Shown piece by piece: positions 24,661-36,500 of a stretch of 64,000 bases of DNA. The DNA comes from Somniosus microcephalus (Eukaryota). Numbering within the stretch: the first letter of the stretch is position 1; every line of letters begins with the position of its first letter. Position numbers and translations under genes: made by a program. Below the pieces are notes generated by a model that ran no database searches, was not told the DNA's origin, and saw only the letters and a program-made list of their open reading frames with translations. Location of the stretch: contig CM126204.1 of the NCBI GenBank assembly GCA_052327205.1, forward strand, positions 127,038,001 through 127,102,000. The letters run 5' to 3'.

Positions 24661-25914
24661 TGTAGGTATTCGTGTTGACCTCTCGGGACGAATGCCTACT
24701 AAATAATTTAGTTCGAGTTCGGATGAATAATCACTAAGTTGTTTATTAACTGGAACTGACGAAATACAACAGGTAAGCTGGCTTTATACAGGAGCAATGC
24801 GAGATAGGTCTTACCCCGACAGGGACTCCACGAGGACTGAGTCCGTAGTCCTCGGGAGAGCATGATGACGTCATCACGCTTAGTCACGTTTTCCCGCTCT
24901 TCGGATGTCATGTGACCGCGTCCTGACGCTAGCGCGTTGGCCCGCGGTAGCAGGAGCTGGAGGCCGAGCTGAGACGGCGCTTGCCGCGGGGGATCGCGTC
25001 GCTCATGTCTGCCAGCCGATGCGGCCGAAGTCGCGGTAGGCCGGGCTGTGCCGGCGGCTGTCGCGCGTACGTCACGCAATGCGCGATGTGACGTCAGCGC
25101 GCTAGGGCGCGTCTTAAAGGGGCAACAGCCCCCACAAGTAAGGTAAAGGGGCAATGGCCCAAACAGGTAAGTAATACACGTACAGTTAGGTTAAAGTGAA
25201 TTATATACATTATGGCCTAGAAATTGAGTAGCCTTAGTGCCGCATTTGAGGCGCTAGAGGGCCTAGCGCCGGAGTTATGGCCAGTTTAGAAATTCCCTGG
25301 GGCCCTAGAATCGGCGGTAGACCGGTTGCGCTGCGCCGGCACCGATGACGTCATCGGTGTGCGCAGCGTCCCGGTTGCCATGCCGACGGGCCCCAGCGCC
25401 GAAATTCAGTTGCGGCCGCCTCGCCCGTGGCAGCCGCAACTAAGACTCTGGCAACAGAGTCTTACATCAGTTAGCGCCTGCGCCTTAAGGTCGCGCGGCG
25501 GCCGGCCGCTTTCCCGCCGGCCGCCTGCCCGCACCTCCCTCCCCGGACTCCTCCACCCCCCCCCCCGCGGAACAGATGCTTCCGGGCTCATTTTTGAAAA
25601 AATCAAACGGCCAGCGATCGGGTGAAGGCAGCGCCTCCTTAACGGGAGGAGGAGGCCTGCACTTCCCCAGCCTGCCGCACCGCATCGGGTGCCGCAGCGC
25701 CGGATTAGCGCCGCAATGCGGCACTCAGCGCCCATTGGGAGGCACTCACGCCCGCCAGTAGCGCCGGCAGCCATCTGGGCGCGGCGCTACTGAATTTTTG
25801 GCGCGCGCAAGGGAATTAGCGCCGGCGCTAAATTTCCGGCGCTAAAGCCCTGGCGCGGCGTCAACTCAATTTCTAGGCCAAAATGTGTAAGGGACACCCG
25901 GTGGAACCGCCACA
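24661..25914 (-). repeat. 5' LTR of the non-autonomous element (interrupted by a MITE)
   Basis: TG...CA ends; adjacent to the tRNA-Trp PBS TGGTGACCCCGA; lacks an ~85-bp block present in the other LTR. Confidence 0.9.
25214..25879. mobile_element. Harbinger-type MITE
   Basis: TIRs GGCCTAGAAATTGAGT / ACTCAATTTCTAGGCC; absent from the paired LTR; inverted paralog at 53817-54513. Confidence 0.92.
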
Positions 25915-26189
25915 CATACAGGTCTTTTTACTCTATTAAAATTAATTCACTGTTAAAGGGAAATGGAACAATCTTACCATGGTCTTGCAAACGGTAATAA
26001 GTCTGCCTGATGAAAGTGTGCGATGACGTGCAATAGTTGTAGGCATGCAATAAGAAAACGTGTTCTTCTGTTTCCAGTGGTTGGTATAGGCATGCATTAA
26101 TTTTCATTGAAAGTCTGTTCTAACCTGCAAAGCAGCTGATGAAATTTAATAATGTGCTCTTGCCAAGTTTGAAGAATGAATACAGGTAA

Positions 26190-26490
26190 GCAGGCAAACC
26201 CACAACCTCTACCATCTAGAAAGACAAGGGCAGCAGGCGCATGGGAACACCATCACCTCCAAGTTCCCCATCAAATCACACACCATCCTGACTTGGAAAT
26301 ATATCGCCGTTCCTTCATTGTCGCTGGACCAAAATCCTGGAACTCCCTCCCTAACAGCACTATGGGAGCACCTTCACCACACGGACTGCAGCTGTTCAAG
26401 AATGTGGCTTACCACCACCTTCTCAAGGGCAATTAGGGTTGGGCAATAAATGCCAGTGACGCTCACATCCCGTGAATTAATTTTAAAAAA
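26190..26490 (+). mobile_element. 3' fragment of the same LINE family as 5446-6880
   Basis: RTRAAGAWEHHHLQVP...SWNSLPNS-like segment shared with 6590-6860. Confidence 0.85.
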
Positions 26491-26894
26491 TGTTTCAAAA
26501 ACCTCCCCTGACTGTACTAAAGCCCTTATGTGGTTTTCTGTTAACAATGAGAATTGTTGCAATCATCTAATTTCTATTTTGGATAAGACTATGGATTAAA
26601 TAGAATTTTTGGCTCTATGCGGCATGTAATTCAGTTTATTTGTAAAACGCTCTCTCACATTTTCAGTGTACAGTGTAAGGATCCATTTGCCTGTTGAATG
26701 TTATGGGATTTCACTGTCTTGACCTCAGTATTATCATCAGGACCACATTTCCACCAGTTCAAGCGATGCAGGAAATAATTTCAGTTTAAATAAAATGCGT
26801 ATATGTTTCCTGACTTTGGGTACGTTTTCTAGTATGAGATTGAAAACAATCCATTCACAAGAGTCTAGATTTACACAAAAGGCACTATCACATC

Positions 26895-28908
26895 TCGGTA
26901 ATCCCTCATTCTACCATTACCATCAAGCCAGGGGACCAACCCTGTTTCAATAAGGAGTGCAGAAGAGCATGACAGGAGCAGCACCAGGTGTACTTAAAAA
27001 TGCAGTGCCAACCTGGTGAATCTACAACACAGGACTCCATGCATGCTAAATAGCAGAAACAGCATGCTATAGACAGGGCTAAGCAATCACACAACTAATG
27101 GATCAGATCAAAGCTCTGCAGTCCTGCCACATCCAGTCATGAATGGTGGTGAACAATTAAACAACTAACGGGAGGAGGAGGCTCCATAAACATCTCCATC
27201 CTCAATGATGGTGGAACCCAGCACGTGAGTGCAAAAGACAAGGCTGAAGCGTTCGCAACCATCAGCCAGAAGTGCCGAGTGGATGATCCATCTCCGCATC
27301 CTCTTGAGGTCCCCACCATCACAGAAGTCAGTCTTTAGCCAACTCGATTCACTCCACGTGATATCAAGAAATGGCTGAGCACACTGAACACAGAAAAGGC
27401 TATGTGCCCCGACAACATCCCGGCTGTCGTGCTGAAGACTTGTGCTCCAGAACTAGCTGTGCCTCTAGCCAAACTGTTCCAGTACAGCTACAACACTGGG
27501 ATCTACCCAACAATGTGGAAAATTGCCCAGGTATGTCCTGTGCACAAAAAGTAGGACAAATCCAGTCCGGCCCATTACCGCCCCATCAGTCTACCATCAA
27601 TCATCAGCAAAGTGATTGAAGGTGAAGGTCATTGAAAGTGCTATCATGCAGCACTTACTCACCAATAACCTGCTCACCAATGCTCAGCCAGGACCACTCG
27701 GCTCCAGACCTTGGTCCAAACATGGACAAAAGTACTGAATTTCAGAGATGAGGTGAGAGTGACTGCCCTTGACATCAATGCAGCATTTGACCGAGTGTGG
27801 CATCAAGGAGCCCTAGTAAAACTGAAGTCATTGGGCGGAAAATTCTCCACTAGCTGGAGTCCTACCTAGCACAAAGGAAGGTGGTTGTGGTGGTTGAAGG
27901 TCAATCATCACAGCCCCAGGACATCGCTGCAGGAATTCCTCAGGGCAGTGTCCTAGGCCCAACCATCTTCAACTGCTACATCAATGACCTTCCCTCCAAC
28001 ATAAGGTCAGAAATGGGAATGTTTGCTGATAATTGCAGTGTTCAGTCCCATTCGCAACTCCTCAGATAATGAAGCAGTCTGTGCCAGCATGCAGCAAGAC
28101 CTAGAAGACATTCAGGCTTGGGCTGATAAGTGGCTAGTAGCATTTGCGGCACACAAGTGCCAGGCAATGACTATCTCCAACAAGCAAGAGTCTAACCACC
28201 TCCCCTTGACATTCAACGGCATTACTATCACCTAATCCCCCACCATCAATATCCTGGGGATCACTATTGATCAGAAACTTAACTGGACTAGCCACATAAA
28301 TACTGTGGCTACAAGAGCAGGTCAGAGGCTGCGTATTCTGTGGTGAGTGTCTCAGCTCCTGACTCCACCATCTACAAGGCACAAGTCAGGAGTGTGACGG
28401 AATACTCTCCACTTGCCTGGATGAGTGCAGCTCCAACAACACTAAAGGAGCTCAACACCATCCAGGACAAAGCAGCCCGCTTGATTGGCACCCCATCCAC
28501 CACCTTAAACATTTACTCCCTCCCCCACCGGCGTACCGTGGCTGTGATGTGTACCATCTACAAGATGCACTGCAGAAACTCGCTAAGGCTTCTTTGACAG
28601 CACCTCCCAAACTCGTGACCTCTACCACCTAGAAGGACAAGGGCAGCAGGCACATGGGAACACCACCACCTCCAAGTTCCCCTCCAAGTTGCACACCATC
28701 CTGACTTGGAAATATACCGCTGTTCCTTCATCGTCACTGGGTCAAAAACCTGGAACGCCCTCCCTAACAGCACTGTGGGAGTACCCCACCAACACCGACT
28801 GCAGCGGTTCAAGAAGGTAGTTCACCAGCACCTTCTCGAGGGCAATCAGGGATGGGCAATAAATGCTGGCCTTGCTAACGATGCCTACATCCCAGGAACA
28901 AAAATAAA
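26895..28908 (+). mobile_element. degenerate LINE copy (same family as 5446-6880)
   Basis: GIPQGSVLGPTIFNCYINDLP, MFADN, many stops and frameshifts, same 3' end. Confidence 0.9.
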
Positions 28909-29030
28909 AATGGCTGCCCTATTTCCTATATTACAACAGTGACCACACTTCTAAAGTACTTCATTGGCTATAAAGTGCTTTGGGTTATCCTGAGGTTGTG
29001 AAAGACGCTATATAAATGCAAGTCTTTTTT
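28909..29030 (+). mobile_element. SINE 3' tail fragment
   Basis: TTTCCTATATTACAACAGTGAC...GCTATATAAATGCAAGTCTTT matches 305-430. Confidence 0.75.
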
Positions 29031-29724
29031 AATAAAAACCAACTTTCATTGTGCAGGAACTGGGATACGAAGATGTTTAACACAACACATATGAGTTGTC
29101 CTTTCTGTTTTGTATTTTTTATTTTGTTGACTGCCTTTAGCAACATAAAAGCAATAGTGTTCAAACAGAAAGCTTGTCTGCAGCAAAGACAGTTAAATAG
29201 ATTTAGATTTTAGACAAGTATTTTACATTAATATCATTTTTGATATTGATAGAAAATGAAAATAATCAAAGTAAGCACAAAGGTTTTGTAAATTTAAAAT
29301 GAAATAAAGTGTAAGTGAGTTGCTGGTAAATATCATCATACTTCAGTAGGAGTTGTAAAGAACTATAAACTGTCAACAGCTGGGTAGGCAAATTGCTTTT
29401 AGTAAATCTATGGTAAATCAACAAAGAAGGCAAAATACTGCAGATGCTGGAAATGTGAAATATAAACAGAGGTGACGGCCTACGCGGCCCTGCGTTATTC
29501 ACATTATGCTTCTCAGTTGCAGTGTTTACAAAGTATGTACAGCACAGAAATAGCCCATTCAGCCCAACTGGTCCATACCAGTGTTTATGCTCAACGCGAG
29601 CCTCCGCCCACCCTTCTTCATCTAACTCTAGTCTCTTCACTACACTATCTGGTAGAGTCTACGTTGCTAGTTGTGGTTTTTCAGTGCTGAATCTGTCAAT
29701 TGGGATCAATTTTTTTCTGCCGGT

Positions 29725-30230
29725 AATAAACATAGTAAGAGGAGGAGGCCATTCAGCCCCTCGAGCCTGTTCCGCCTTTCAATTAGATCATGGCTGATCT
29801 GTATCTTAACTCCATCCACCCGCCTTGGTTCCCTAACCCTTAATACCCTTGTCTATCAATCTCAATTTTGAAATTTTCAGTTGACCCCCAGCCTCAACAG
29901 CCTTTTGTGGGAGAGAGTTCCAGATTTCCACTACCCTTTGTGTGAAGAAGTGCTTCCTGATATCACTCCTGAAGGGCCCAGTTCTAATTTTAAGGTTATT
30001 CCACCTTTGTTCTGGACTCCCCCACCAGAGGAAATAGATTCTCTCTATCTACCTTATTAAATCCTTCAATCATCTTAAACACATCAATTTAGATCAACCC
30101 TTAATCTTCTAAACTAGAGGGAATACAAGCCTAGTCTGTGCAACCTGTCCTCCTAACTTAACTCTTTAAGTCTCAGTGTTGTTCTAGTGAATCGGCGCTG
30201 CACCCCTCCAAGGGCAATATATTCTTCCTG
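29725..30230 (-). mobile_element. CR1 3' fragment
   Basis: Reverse complement of the ORF2 end (HFFTQRVVEIWNSLPQKAVEAG) and 3'UTR. Confidence 0.8.
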
Positions 30231-30369
30231 AGGCACGCTGTGCCATTCATGGTGGATGCCCAGGATTCACGTCTGACTCTTAGTGGCTGTCTGTAAGAAG
30301 CTGGAAAACCTCATCTCTTTTTGATTAGAAGAATCAGACTGAAAATAATATTGTTACGCTGTGATTCAG

Positions 30370-30880
30370 GGGATAAACTTGTGCTCATCCAAAATTCTGC
30401 TCTCTGTATGTTAACTCGCACCAAGTCTCATTCATCCATCAACCCTGTGCTCCCTGACCTACACTGGCTCTGCCTCAATTTTAGAATCCTCATTCTTGTT
30501 TTCAAATCCCTCCCTGGCCTCACCCCTCCCTATCTCTATAATCTCCTCCAGGTGTACAAGCCTTCGAGATCTCTGCACTCTTCCAATTCTGGCCTCTGGT
30601 ACATCCCCGATTATAATCGCTCCACCATTGGTGGCCGTGCCTTCAGCTGCCTGGGCCCTAAGCTCTGGAATTCCCTCCCTAAACGTTTCCACCTCACTAC
30701 CTCTCTCTCCTCCTTTAAGATGCTCCTTAAAATCTACCTCTTTGACCAAGCTTTTGGTCATCTGTCCTTATATCTCCTTCTGTGGCTCGGTGTCAAATTT
30801 TTTAAATTGATGACGCTCTTGTGAAGCGCCTTAGAGCACTTTTGCTATGTTAAAGGCACGATATAAATGCAAGTTGTTGT
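30370..30880 (+). mobile_element. L2-clade LINE 3' fragment
   Basis: LIQNSA..LTRTK..INPVLPDLHWL..FRILILVFKSL..PPYL..GGRAFS..PKLWNSLP; tail ATATAAATGCAAGTTGTTGT. Confidence 0.85.
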
Positions 30881-32194
30881 TTTCGTTGTTGGTGATCCAC
30901 CCAGGTTTCCTCACCTCAATTGATGGTGCAGATGGCCTCACCCTGCAGGAATCTCTGACCACCTCTCTGGGATACTCAGATTAGGGCTGTACCATCTCCT
31001 CTGCCTTGGAAAGGCTGGCATGACTGAAGGCAAAGTGGCTTCAATTGGATCACTGCCCTCCTGCAGTCTGCACCTGCCACAGATCAGTGGCAGTGCTGAC
31101 CCACAGACTCATGGGAACAGCAGTGGTGCAAAGGCAGTGGTGCAGGTTGCCCTCTCTCCCAATGTCAGCATGCCTGCTTCCCTCACCATCCGTTCACCCA
31201 GTGCCCACCATGGTGCCAGGGAGCCAGCTGGGGCAGACTACCCTGGCAGCCATCGAGATGTTGCAGTCCCCCGGTGGACTCCTCCATGGTCTCAGCTGTT
31301 GTGAACGAGCTCTCTGGCCAGGCAGCCCAGTGCACCTGCAATTTCCTGGTAGATGCCCATCAGCTTTCTTCAGTAGCCTGGGCCCTTAAAGCCAACATCT
31401 CAGTGCTCTGCAGCAGAGCTAATGTGTGCTCTTGCCCTCCAGCGAGCTGGCACTTGTGGCATCCTATCTCCCTGCCCTAGCACATGCTCACTCATACCCG
31501 GTGATGCATCACATGAAGACCCCCTCCTCTAACCTACCCTCTAAAGTACGCATGGTGCCACTCTATGAGCTTGCGAGGGTCACAACGAGTGACGCTGCAT
31601 CTTCAGGAAGGCTGCCCTCCTCTTCCTGAACTGACACAGGGGCCCTCGATATTCACAGCACCTTAAATGAAAGAAAGGGAGGAGGGTTAACTTTCAGTGT
31701 GAAGGGAGAGCAGAAAGACATGAAGTTTGCCATGTGGCGTGAGATAGAAGTGAGAAGGGAAAAAGGCGATAATGTGTGAAGAGACCCTGTGTGACATCTC
31801 CTCCAGCGTTGCCCTTCACCACAGCCATGACTCCCCCCAACCCCCCCCCCCCTCCGGTCCGTGATGTCCAGCACCACCTCCTCAAGTGGGCAGAGGGTGT
31901 GCAGGTGGCCCTTGGCTTCTCAGCTCACTGTCTGTTGGCTCATGTTATGTGCGACCTTCTCCTGCAAGAAAGAAGGGAGTGTGTTTGTGATAGCCTTGTC
32001 AGCTGTTTTATGAATGGGCCTGTTATGGTCAAACAGTGCAGATATCGTGTGCAAGATGGTGTAGGGAAGTCAGGGTTGCAATAGTGCAGAGAGTAGGAGG
32101 TGCAGAGCATGTGAATAGGAGAAAACGGACCTGGAGTGATTGCAGGAGAGTGAACAGAGCAAGGGATGGGAGTGTTGGAAGTGGTGCAGGTGTG

Positions 32195-32645
32195 AAAAGA
32201 AAGAAAGAATCACGACCGCAGGACGTCCTAATGTGCTTTACAACCAATGAATTGCTTTTGAAGTGTAGTCACTGTTGTAATGTAGGAAACACGGCAGCCA
32301 ATTTGCGCACAGCAAGCTCCCACAAACAGCAATGTAATAATGACCAGATAGTCTGCGTTTTTTTAAATTATGTTGATTGAGGGATAAATATTGGCCAGGA
32401 TACCGGGGATCACTCCACTGCTCTTCTTCAAAATAGTGGCTATGGGATCTTTTACCTCCATCTAAGAGAGCAAACGAGGCCTTGGTCTATCGTCTCATCC
32501 AAAAGACAGTACCCCTGACAGTGCAGCACTCTCTTAATACTGCACGAGAGTGTCAGCCTAGTGCTCAAGTCTCTGGAGTGGGATTATGAACCCACAACCT
32601 TCTGACTCAGAAGTAAAAGTGCTATCAACTGAGCCACTGCTGAAA
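32195..32645 (-). mobile_element. near full-length Deu-domain SINE inserted in the relic's intron 1
   Basis: tRNA head (GTGGCTCAGTTGATAGCAC...GGGTTCATAATCCC) and core match 1-430. Confidence 0.85.
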
Positions 32646-33139
32646 CTTAAGAGACAGGAGAGAATAGGTCAGATGTAAGATTCTTACCTTGACAGCTCTG
32701 GTGAGGTAATTGAACTACTTTCGGCATTGTCACATGTCCTGGGAGCTGAGCTCCTCTCATTGACCTCCTCAACTACCTCTTCCCCCTGGCGGTGAAGATG
32801 TTGCCTGAAGGGCTTTCTGCCCCCAGAGGGAACAGGATCTCCCTCCTGCTGCCCACCACCTGGACCAGGACCTCCAAAGCGGCATTAAAGAGCCTGAGGG
32901 CCTGATCTACAGGTTTGCAGACATTGCTGTCTTTGCAAGCATCCCCTCATGTCTGCAGCCACGGTAAACCTCCTCTTTCAAAGGTGTTGGCTTTAAGTGG
33001 CATCAGAGAGGCCTGATTTTCCGTCCCCAAACAGATGCGCAGTCAATAAGCAGCGCGGATAGCACTGATCCATTATAATGAGCTGCAGCACCATTTGCAT
33101 GTAGTCCCTGTGCCCACGTGAACAGGCGCATGCAGCCCA

Positions 33140-33340
33140 ACTCCTAACCCCTGCCCTTATCCCCTAGCCCCAACACCTACCCTCTGCCCCCTAGCCTGTG
33201 CCCCATCTCCTGCCCCTACCCCTACCCCAATCACTGCCCCTGCTCCCTACCCCCACCCCATCCACTACCCTACCCTCTATCCCATGCCCCTAACCCTTGC
33301 CTCCTTTCCCCTAGCCCCTGCCCTCTACCCTCTGCCCCAT
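33140..33340. repeat. C-rich low-complexity repeat (CCCCTA/CCCCTG)
   Basis: Degenerate 6-mer repeats; G-runs on the minus strand. Confidence 0.7.
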
Positions 33341-34641
33341 GTGCCCGAACCGTTTTCGGGTGCGATTGACTTTCTAGGCCAGCAATACCCTGGGCACAGG
33401 ATTGATGACAAATGTAATACAAATAACAAATTGAATTGAATCTTTTTTGGGCTGTGAGCTTGATTAATGTCGGATAAGACGAGATTAGTAGGCTGCGCCA
33501 TGAGGTGACATCTCACACAATGCTTTGGCCTGTGAAAATCCTGGCGGATAATTGGGTGGGCAGATATTTGGAGCACAGATAATGAAGCTTCTACTCTACA
33601 TGAATAGGAATTATTATTTAATAAATACAGTGCAAAATATTAACCTCTTCACTGTCACATTCAAGCTAACCTGCTGTGTTGCTTGATTTCAGGAGTAAGA
33701 TACTGTGATTGAAATGCACACAAAACAAATTAATAAAGCTTTTGTTATAATGAAATAATTAGCATGCAAGTATGGCAGGTAAGAGAATAATTGCACAACC
33801 ATCTGAATCTAGTGCCACACCAAGGGCTTCTGTCTCAGTGCGAATGCTTGCTGAAAGGCTTAATAACAACACTATGCTGGAACCTGCTTAAAGCCAAATG
33901 TGATCAGATTAAATCCCTCAAGGTGAAACACTTTTCATTCACTTTCAATGTAAAATGACAGAATTTGTTTTAGTTGAAGCTCTGCTGAACACATGTAGAC
34001 ACTTGTCATTGGTGCTATTGATCGACGGAAGAGCTCTGCGTATGATGCTTTACATTTTCTAAGCACCGAGTAACCCTTTCAGCCAACTATAGACCAACCA
34101 GTTTGCGATATAGACACAGCGTAAGTCGAGACAGCTTTTCTCAGTGTAGTGTCCCAACATACTGACCGTCTGCAGGGGCATGTGCTGATTGCTCTAAAAT
34201 CCATTTAAATAGTGTTGATTAAAACAAAACTTTCAACCAAGCTGGTTGAGGCTGGCTCCTAAGGTTAGCTGCTGGAACATGTTAATGTTGTCTTTCTTTA
34301 GCGAGGCTGGGGTGAGCCACTGGCTTTAGTTGAGGAATGTGTGCCTGCTATGGGGGGCGGTCCGATTTCATCTCCGTACTAAGCACAATGAAATTGTGAA
34401 GCCGTTCTTTATTTATAACTTTGCATCACGTGGCGTGCAAAGGAAATTTCTACCTCGCTAGTTATCTTATTGAGTACAAAACGTGTTTTAATGAGGTCAG
34501 GATTGGTGCCTAAAAATGAGAGTTTTAACAGAGAGCGCTTTTCTTACGGCACTTCTCTGCTATTTTAGCTGAGTTCTGAACCCATCTATCTATTTATCTA
34601 TCTATCTCTTATATCTATCTACTATCTTATATCTATAAATA

Positions 34642-35294
34642 TCTATATATGTATATATATAAGCAGTATGTCGGTCCGTCTGTCTGTATGTCTGTCTGTC
34701 TGTCTGTCTGTCCGCTATACACTCAAAAATTATAGAGCGTACCTACACATATGTTATATCAAAAGAAAGCTGATGATCAGGGAAGTGTCATAGGCATATT
34801 TACTTTTTGGTCAGACAAAAATTGTTCGGACAGTATACAAAAAACGTTCAAAAATCCGCTCATTAGCAGTTGACCAATCCTACCACTCATTAGCGTTGAG
34901 TGACGTGATGGTTGACCAATCCTACAGTTCAGTGACCTGATGGTTGACCAATTGGTGCGTCACGGTCGGGACCTAATCCTGCAGCCTCCCGAAACTTCGG
35001 CGCCATTTTTTCCCCTGCTTTTCCTTAACAGCAAGCGGGGCAGCTGCATTGGCCCGCCGGAGCGGCAGGTGAGTTGAAGTCACTCGGGCCGGGTCTCACA
35101 ACTGCTCGGCCTGAGACACAGAGCGGGGGAGCGGCAGCGGGTGGCCGTCAACCGCGCGGCCCGAGACACAGAGCGGGGGAGCGGCAGCGGGTGGCCTTCA
35201 ACCGCGCGGCCCGAGACACAGAGCGGGGGAGCGGCCGGCCGTCAACCGCGCGGCCCTCTAAACTGCCCTGGCAATGCCGGGCCCCCCCAGCTAG
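34642..35294 (+). mobile_element. non-autonomous Helitron
   Basis: A|TCTATATAT 5' end (exact start ambiguous within the (TCTA)n tract), (TCTG)n near the 5' end, subterminal hairpin GCCCTGGCA-A-TGCCGGGC, terminal CTAG|T. Confidence 0.75.
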
Positions 35295-35844
35295 TTTCAA
35301 ATAAATGAGTTAGTGCCTCATTAAGATAGCAGAGAGAGGAATGTCATTCCAATGAGCTGAGTGTTCGGCCACTAATATCACCAGCAGTTATTTCTGGCCG
35401 CAGTCAATGTACAAGCAGGTGCGCAGCTTGATAAATGGAAAGTGTTGGACATGCAGAGAAAATTGACCTGAAAGTGTAAGAGGTTAACATTTGGGTATAA
35501 CCCTTTGTCAAAATGCTGGTCAAGTATGCTGTGCATTTCCAGCAATTGCTACTTTAATTTCAGATTTCAAGCATCCTTGGTTTGCTATTTATATATGGCG
35601 CGCAATGTTAGTTGGTGTAACTAAATGGGGTGCATCAGGACTCTTGGTAGCTTAAGTCCAATATCCATGCACTTAAAGTTACAGTCAGTGCTTTAGCCTA
35701 ATAGCAATGATAGCCGATTGTCCTGCCCACCCTGTGATGAAGCCAGTCCTGGTTTGATTTGTGTATTGTGGATATATGCAGTTGAAAAGGAAAACAAATT
35801 ACAGGGTTATGGGGAAGGAGCAGGAGAGTGGGATTAATTGGATA

Positions 35845-36500
35845 GGCCGGTGTCTGGAGCGGAGGTTCTGTGTGTATTTAAACTCACTTTCGCGGGCTTT
35901 TTTTTTAACAGAGGCCAGTGTCTGGAGCGGAGGTTCAGTGAATATTTAAACTCACTTTCGCAGGCCTTTTTACAGAGGCCAGTGTCGGGAGTGGTGAGAG
36001 CGGAGGTTCAGTGAGTATTTAAACTCACTTTTGCGGGCTTTTCTACAGAGGCCAGTGTCGGGAACAGTGAGAGCGGAGGTTCAGTGAGTATTTAAACTCA
36101 CTTTCGCGGGCCTTTTTACAGAGGCCAGTGTCGGGAGTGGTGAGAACGGAGGTTCAGTGAGTATTTAAACTCACTTTCGTGGGCTTTTTTTTACAGAGGC
36201 CAGTGTCGGGAACAGTGAGAGCGGAGGTTCAGTGAGTATTTAAACTCACTTTCGTGGGCTTTTTTTTACAGAGGCCAGTGTCGGGAACAGTGAGAGCGGA
36301 GGTTCAGTGAGTATTTAAACTCACTTTCGCGGGCTTTTTTTTACAGAGGCCAGTGTCGGGAACAGTGAGAGCGGAGGTTCAGTCAGTATTTAAACTCACT
36401 TTTGCGGGCTTTTTTTTTTACAGAGGCCAGTGTTGGGAGTGGTGAGATTGGAGGTTCAGTGAGTATTTAAACTTACTTTTGTGGCTTTTATACAGAGGCT
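35845..36500 (+). repeat. ~73-bp monomer array (9 units) at the CR1 5' end
   Basis: Unit ACAGAGGCCAGTGTCGGGAACAGTGAGAGCGGAGGTTCAGTGAGTATTTAAACTCACTTTCGCGGGC(T)n. Confidence 0.92.

Larger units (their letters stand above)
14374..25914 (-). mobile_element. non-autonomous Gypsy-derived LTR element carrying RPL35A and RPL7 mRNA fragments
   Basis: Two near-identical LTRs (14374-15043, 24661-25914), tRNA-Trp PBS at 24647-24658, G-rich PPT at 15044-15055, gag/pol relics; a Gypsy and a MITE are nested inside; no TSD found and the terminal 2 bp are missing at the left end. Confidence 0.9.
30890..33380 (-). mobile_element. ancient Harbinger relic with a pseudogenised spliced Myb/SANT gene
   Basis: Exon 1 (32924-32688) ALRLFNAALEVLV..RREILFP..APRT..QCRK*FNYLTRAVK|GTAAG and exon 2 (from about 31961) CAG|EKVAHN..LEE parallel the gene at 38668-40770; TIR-like TTTCTAGGCC ends at 33380; left boundary approximate. 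Confidence 0.75.

Noticed and set aside
23862-24665. 267-aa plus-strand ORF
   Set aside because: Antisense to the gag relic and leader in GC-rich repetitive DNA, with no recognisable domain.
33140-33340. Interstitial telomeric repeat
   Set aside because: Units are mostly CCCCTA/CCCCTG rather than CCCTAA.
35845-36500. CRISPR-like array with hairpin repeats, or Pol III gene cluster
   Set aside because: No variable spacers and no A/B boxes or tRNA fold; better explained as the CR1 5'UTR.
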